Assembly (NCBI RefSeq): GCF_006345805.1
Contig: NW_021823834.1
Span: 1-21,006, forward strand
Direction of reading: 5' to 3'
Length of the DNA stretch: 21,006 nucleotides
Origin: Octopus sinensis
Lineage: Eukaryota
This document shows positions 19,218-21,006 of the stretch, in pieces (positions within the stretch are counted from its first letter, which is position 1; each line of letters starts with the position of its first letter). The notes under the pieces were generated by a model. That model was given only the letters and a program-made list of their open reading frames with translations. It did not search any database and had not been told where the DNA came from. The position numbers and the translations under genes were made by a program.

Positions 19218-20003
19218 GTCACATGGGCCAAGCGATACCTATGGGCACCCTGTTACTTTGACCTTGAATTAAGATTAACTTCAATTAATGTAATTTTAAC
19301 TTCATAAAACCAATTGGGTTAATTTCAAAATTGAATCTCTTCGCAGTTGGCAACAAATTGTCTGACTGGGAATAATCTAAATATATATTTTAAATCAAAG
19401 ATTCTGGAGTCGAACAATAGACCAAATCATCCATTTCTTCCAAAGTCACACACTCATCACTTAAATTATCTAAGATATATGTATAACCATGGATTATTGA
19501 ATTTATTCCCTTTATTCCTCGATATCTTTCGAAAGGACTTTCGTTAGAAAATGAATGACAGATATGTTATAACTGTACACAGCATTTTCTAATTTATCAA
19601 CCCACTTTTTTTCACTGTTGTCCATCATTTTTGACAACTTCCTGGTTATCGTTTGATTGAATCTTTCGACAATTCCTTGAGCCCGAGGATTATTGGGCCT
19701 TCCGTGGATTTGTTTGATGTTAAAATCAACGCATAGTTGTGTTATTTCTTGATTTTTGAATTCAGACCCATTGTCTGATTGAAGAAATTTGCATGGTCCA
19801 TTTAGGCGAAACAAAGATCTCAAGTTTTGACACACTTCTTTACCAGACTTATTATAGAGTGGTCGTGCAAATCTATAAAAAAAATTTTAAGAAACCAACC
19901 TACTATAAATGTCAATGACCGTTAAAATCCATTTGAAATTTTCGTTTAGTGTTGAAAATCTTTTCAGATCTATTACGTCTATTTGAAAACGTTCATTTGG
20001 ACA
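19217..20003 (-). mobile_element. Ginger-like integrase element, 3' half with catalytic core and one mini-intron, pseudogenised
   Basis: CPNERFQIDVIDLKRFSTLNENFKWILTVIDIYSR | 27-nt intron 19873-19899 with in-frame TAA | FARPLYNKSG...LQSDNGSEF...HGRPNNPRAQGIVERFNQT gives the full D-D-E triad. A 1-nt frameshift follows YNIS. Terminus TGTCACA at 19217-19223. Confidence 0.88.
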
Positions 20004-20007
20004 AGAT

Positions 20008-20078
20008 TAATGTTAAGCCAGAGAGCAATAAAGTGTTTTCCACTTCTTTCGAAAATTTGTTCATAGCGAAATGGTATA
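20008..20078. repeat. Internally deleted copy of 8950-8994 joined to 9128-9153
   Basis: TAATGTTAAGC.AGAGAGCAATAAAGTGTTTTCCACTTCTTTCGA is joined to AAATTTGTT.ATAGCGAAAT.GTATA; about 133 nt are missing at a GA microhomology. Confidence 0.85.
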
Positions 20079-20129
20079 GATTTTCGCAAAATGTGTTTTT
20101 ACGTCAATACATTTAGCTTGATTTCAGAT

Positions 20130-20700
20130 AATCAAATTAGGACAAGCAGGAGATTACCCTGGTGGCCTTAGTCGACAAGGAAATGGGAACATCGTGGAAC
20201 ATAAGGATTCTTGGGTTGTCTATGACAGATGCACAAGAGGGTATGCGAAAGGAACCATTTCGCGGTAGCACTTTAGTAAGTGATTACGTCTGATAGAATT
20301 GAAGGCGTCCAAAACGTCCAGCTTAACTATGATAAACGGCTTGAGAAATTCCATTAATTCCTGAATCAAATGAACAGTCTCTTTGCAGCAATTTGCGATG
20401 GTAAAAACTTTGTGAAAAAACAGGAGACAATAGCATGACAAATAGCAGAGGGCTTCCGGAAAATATTTCCTACGGCGATGGGTCTTACACCGTTGTTTTT
20501 TTTCAAGGGCAGTAAAGCTGGCAGAGAAGAAAATTCCGCGTCAAAAATCAGGAAAACAGCCGGAGATAAAACGGTTGCACAGGTCAATGATTGAGCGTAA
20601 TAATCTCCGTCTAGCTTCAGCGGTAATGGGAGATGTCAGGTCTTTTAGATGACCAGACCTCAGCCATCTACTCCACCGCTGAAAAGTTCCTCAGGTCTTT
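20130..20700 (-). mobile_element. CRE-clade reverse transcriptase remnant
   Basis: GGVDG.RSGHLKDL, LLRSIIDLCN, FFSAS, KKNNGVRPIAVGNIFRK, CKETVH, VKLDVLDAFNSIRR, YPLV, across frameshifts. Confidence 0.85.
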
Positions 20701-20889
20701 CAGTACGAGAGCCGCAAAGACCACAAAGAGATTGACAATTAGCATTTGTTAATAATTATCACGCGGCATAAATGAAACACGTGCCTAAAGTGAAATGCTG
20801 TGACCTTGGATTTAACCCTTAATTAAGCTCTCGACAATTATCAACTGAATATTAAAGATGATTTCGCACTTTAAGATAATATTAGCGGA

Positions 20890-21006
20890 ATGAGATTTGC
20901 CAACATTGTAAAGGATGATCAGGAGTATAAGAATATTCTTGATTTTTTAATAAATAATGCAATACCAGAACATTTTTCAAGACTAAAAAGATTTCGTTTT
21001 CTCAAA
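20890..21006 (+). CDS. Probable N-terminus of another Ginger-like integrase (runs off the window)
   Basis: MRFANIVKDDQEYKNILDFLINNAIPEHFSRLKRFRFLK fits the Y..I..FL....P......KR.RF pattern that precedes HHCC in such elements. A TATCACG (TGTCAC-like) terminus candidate lies at 20757. Confidence 0.45.
   Translation, partial: MRFANIVKDDQEYKNILDFLINNAIPEHFSRLKRFRFLK

Noticed and set aside
1-21006. tRNA or rRNA genes
   Set aside because: No cloverleaf or conserved rRNA tract was recognised by eye; a tRNAscan-SE or Infernal run would be needed to exclude them fully.

Overview
AT-rich eukaryotic nuclear DNA using the standard genetic code, with very short spliceosomal introns (mostly 25-32 nt, GT-AG). 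The host is not identifiable from the sequence; this intron size suggests a genome-reduced or parasitic lineage (inference). The left 4 kb holds two host genes: the 5' part of an SNX14/SNX13-family sorting nexin (minus strand, TM-PXA-RGS, runs off the window) and a complete ICMT/STE14 gene (plus strand, 4 exons). A possible third spliced gene lies at about 4.3-5.0 kb. The rest is mostly nested, decayed mobile DNA: non-LTR retroelements of several clades (RTE, Jockey-like, CRE, R4/Dong-like, a CCHC-ended LINE), two hAT (Buster/Charlie-type) elements including one with perfect TIRs and an 8-bp TSD, and Ginger-like integrase elements with TGT...ACA termini that carry host-sized mini-introns. Interspersed are a RIO-kinase pseudogene split into three pieces in permuted order, a SNF2/BRM SnAC fragment, a ~500-bp segmental duplication, and 12-, 20- and ~200-bp tandem repeats built on one motif. 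Best leads: intron-bearing integrase transposons, two different CRE 3' ends at the same position of the ~200-bp repeat, and the permuted RIO gene. All family assignments come from manual translation and recalled motifs; no searches were run.
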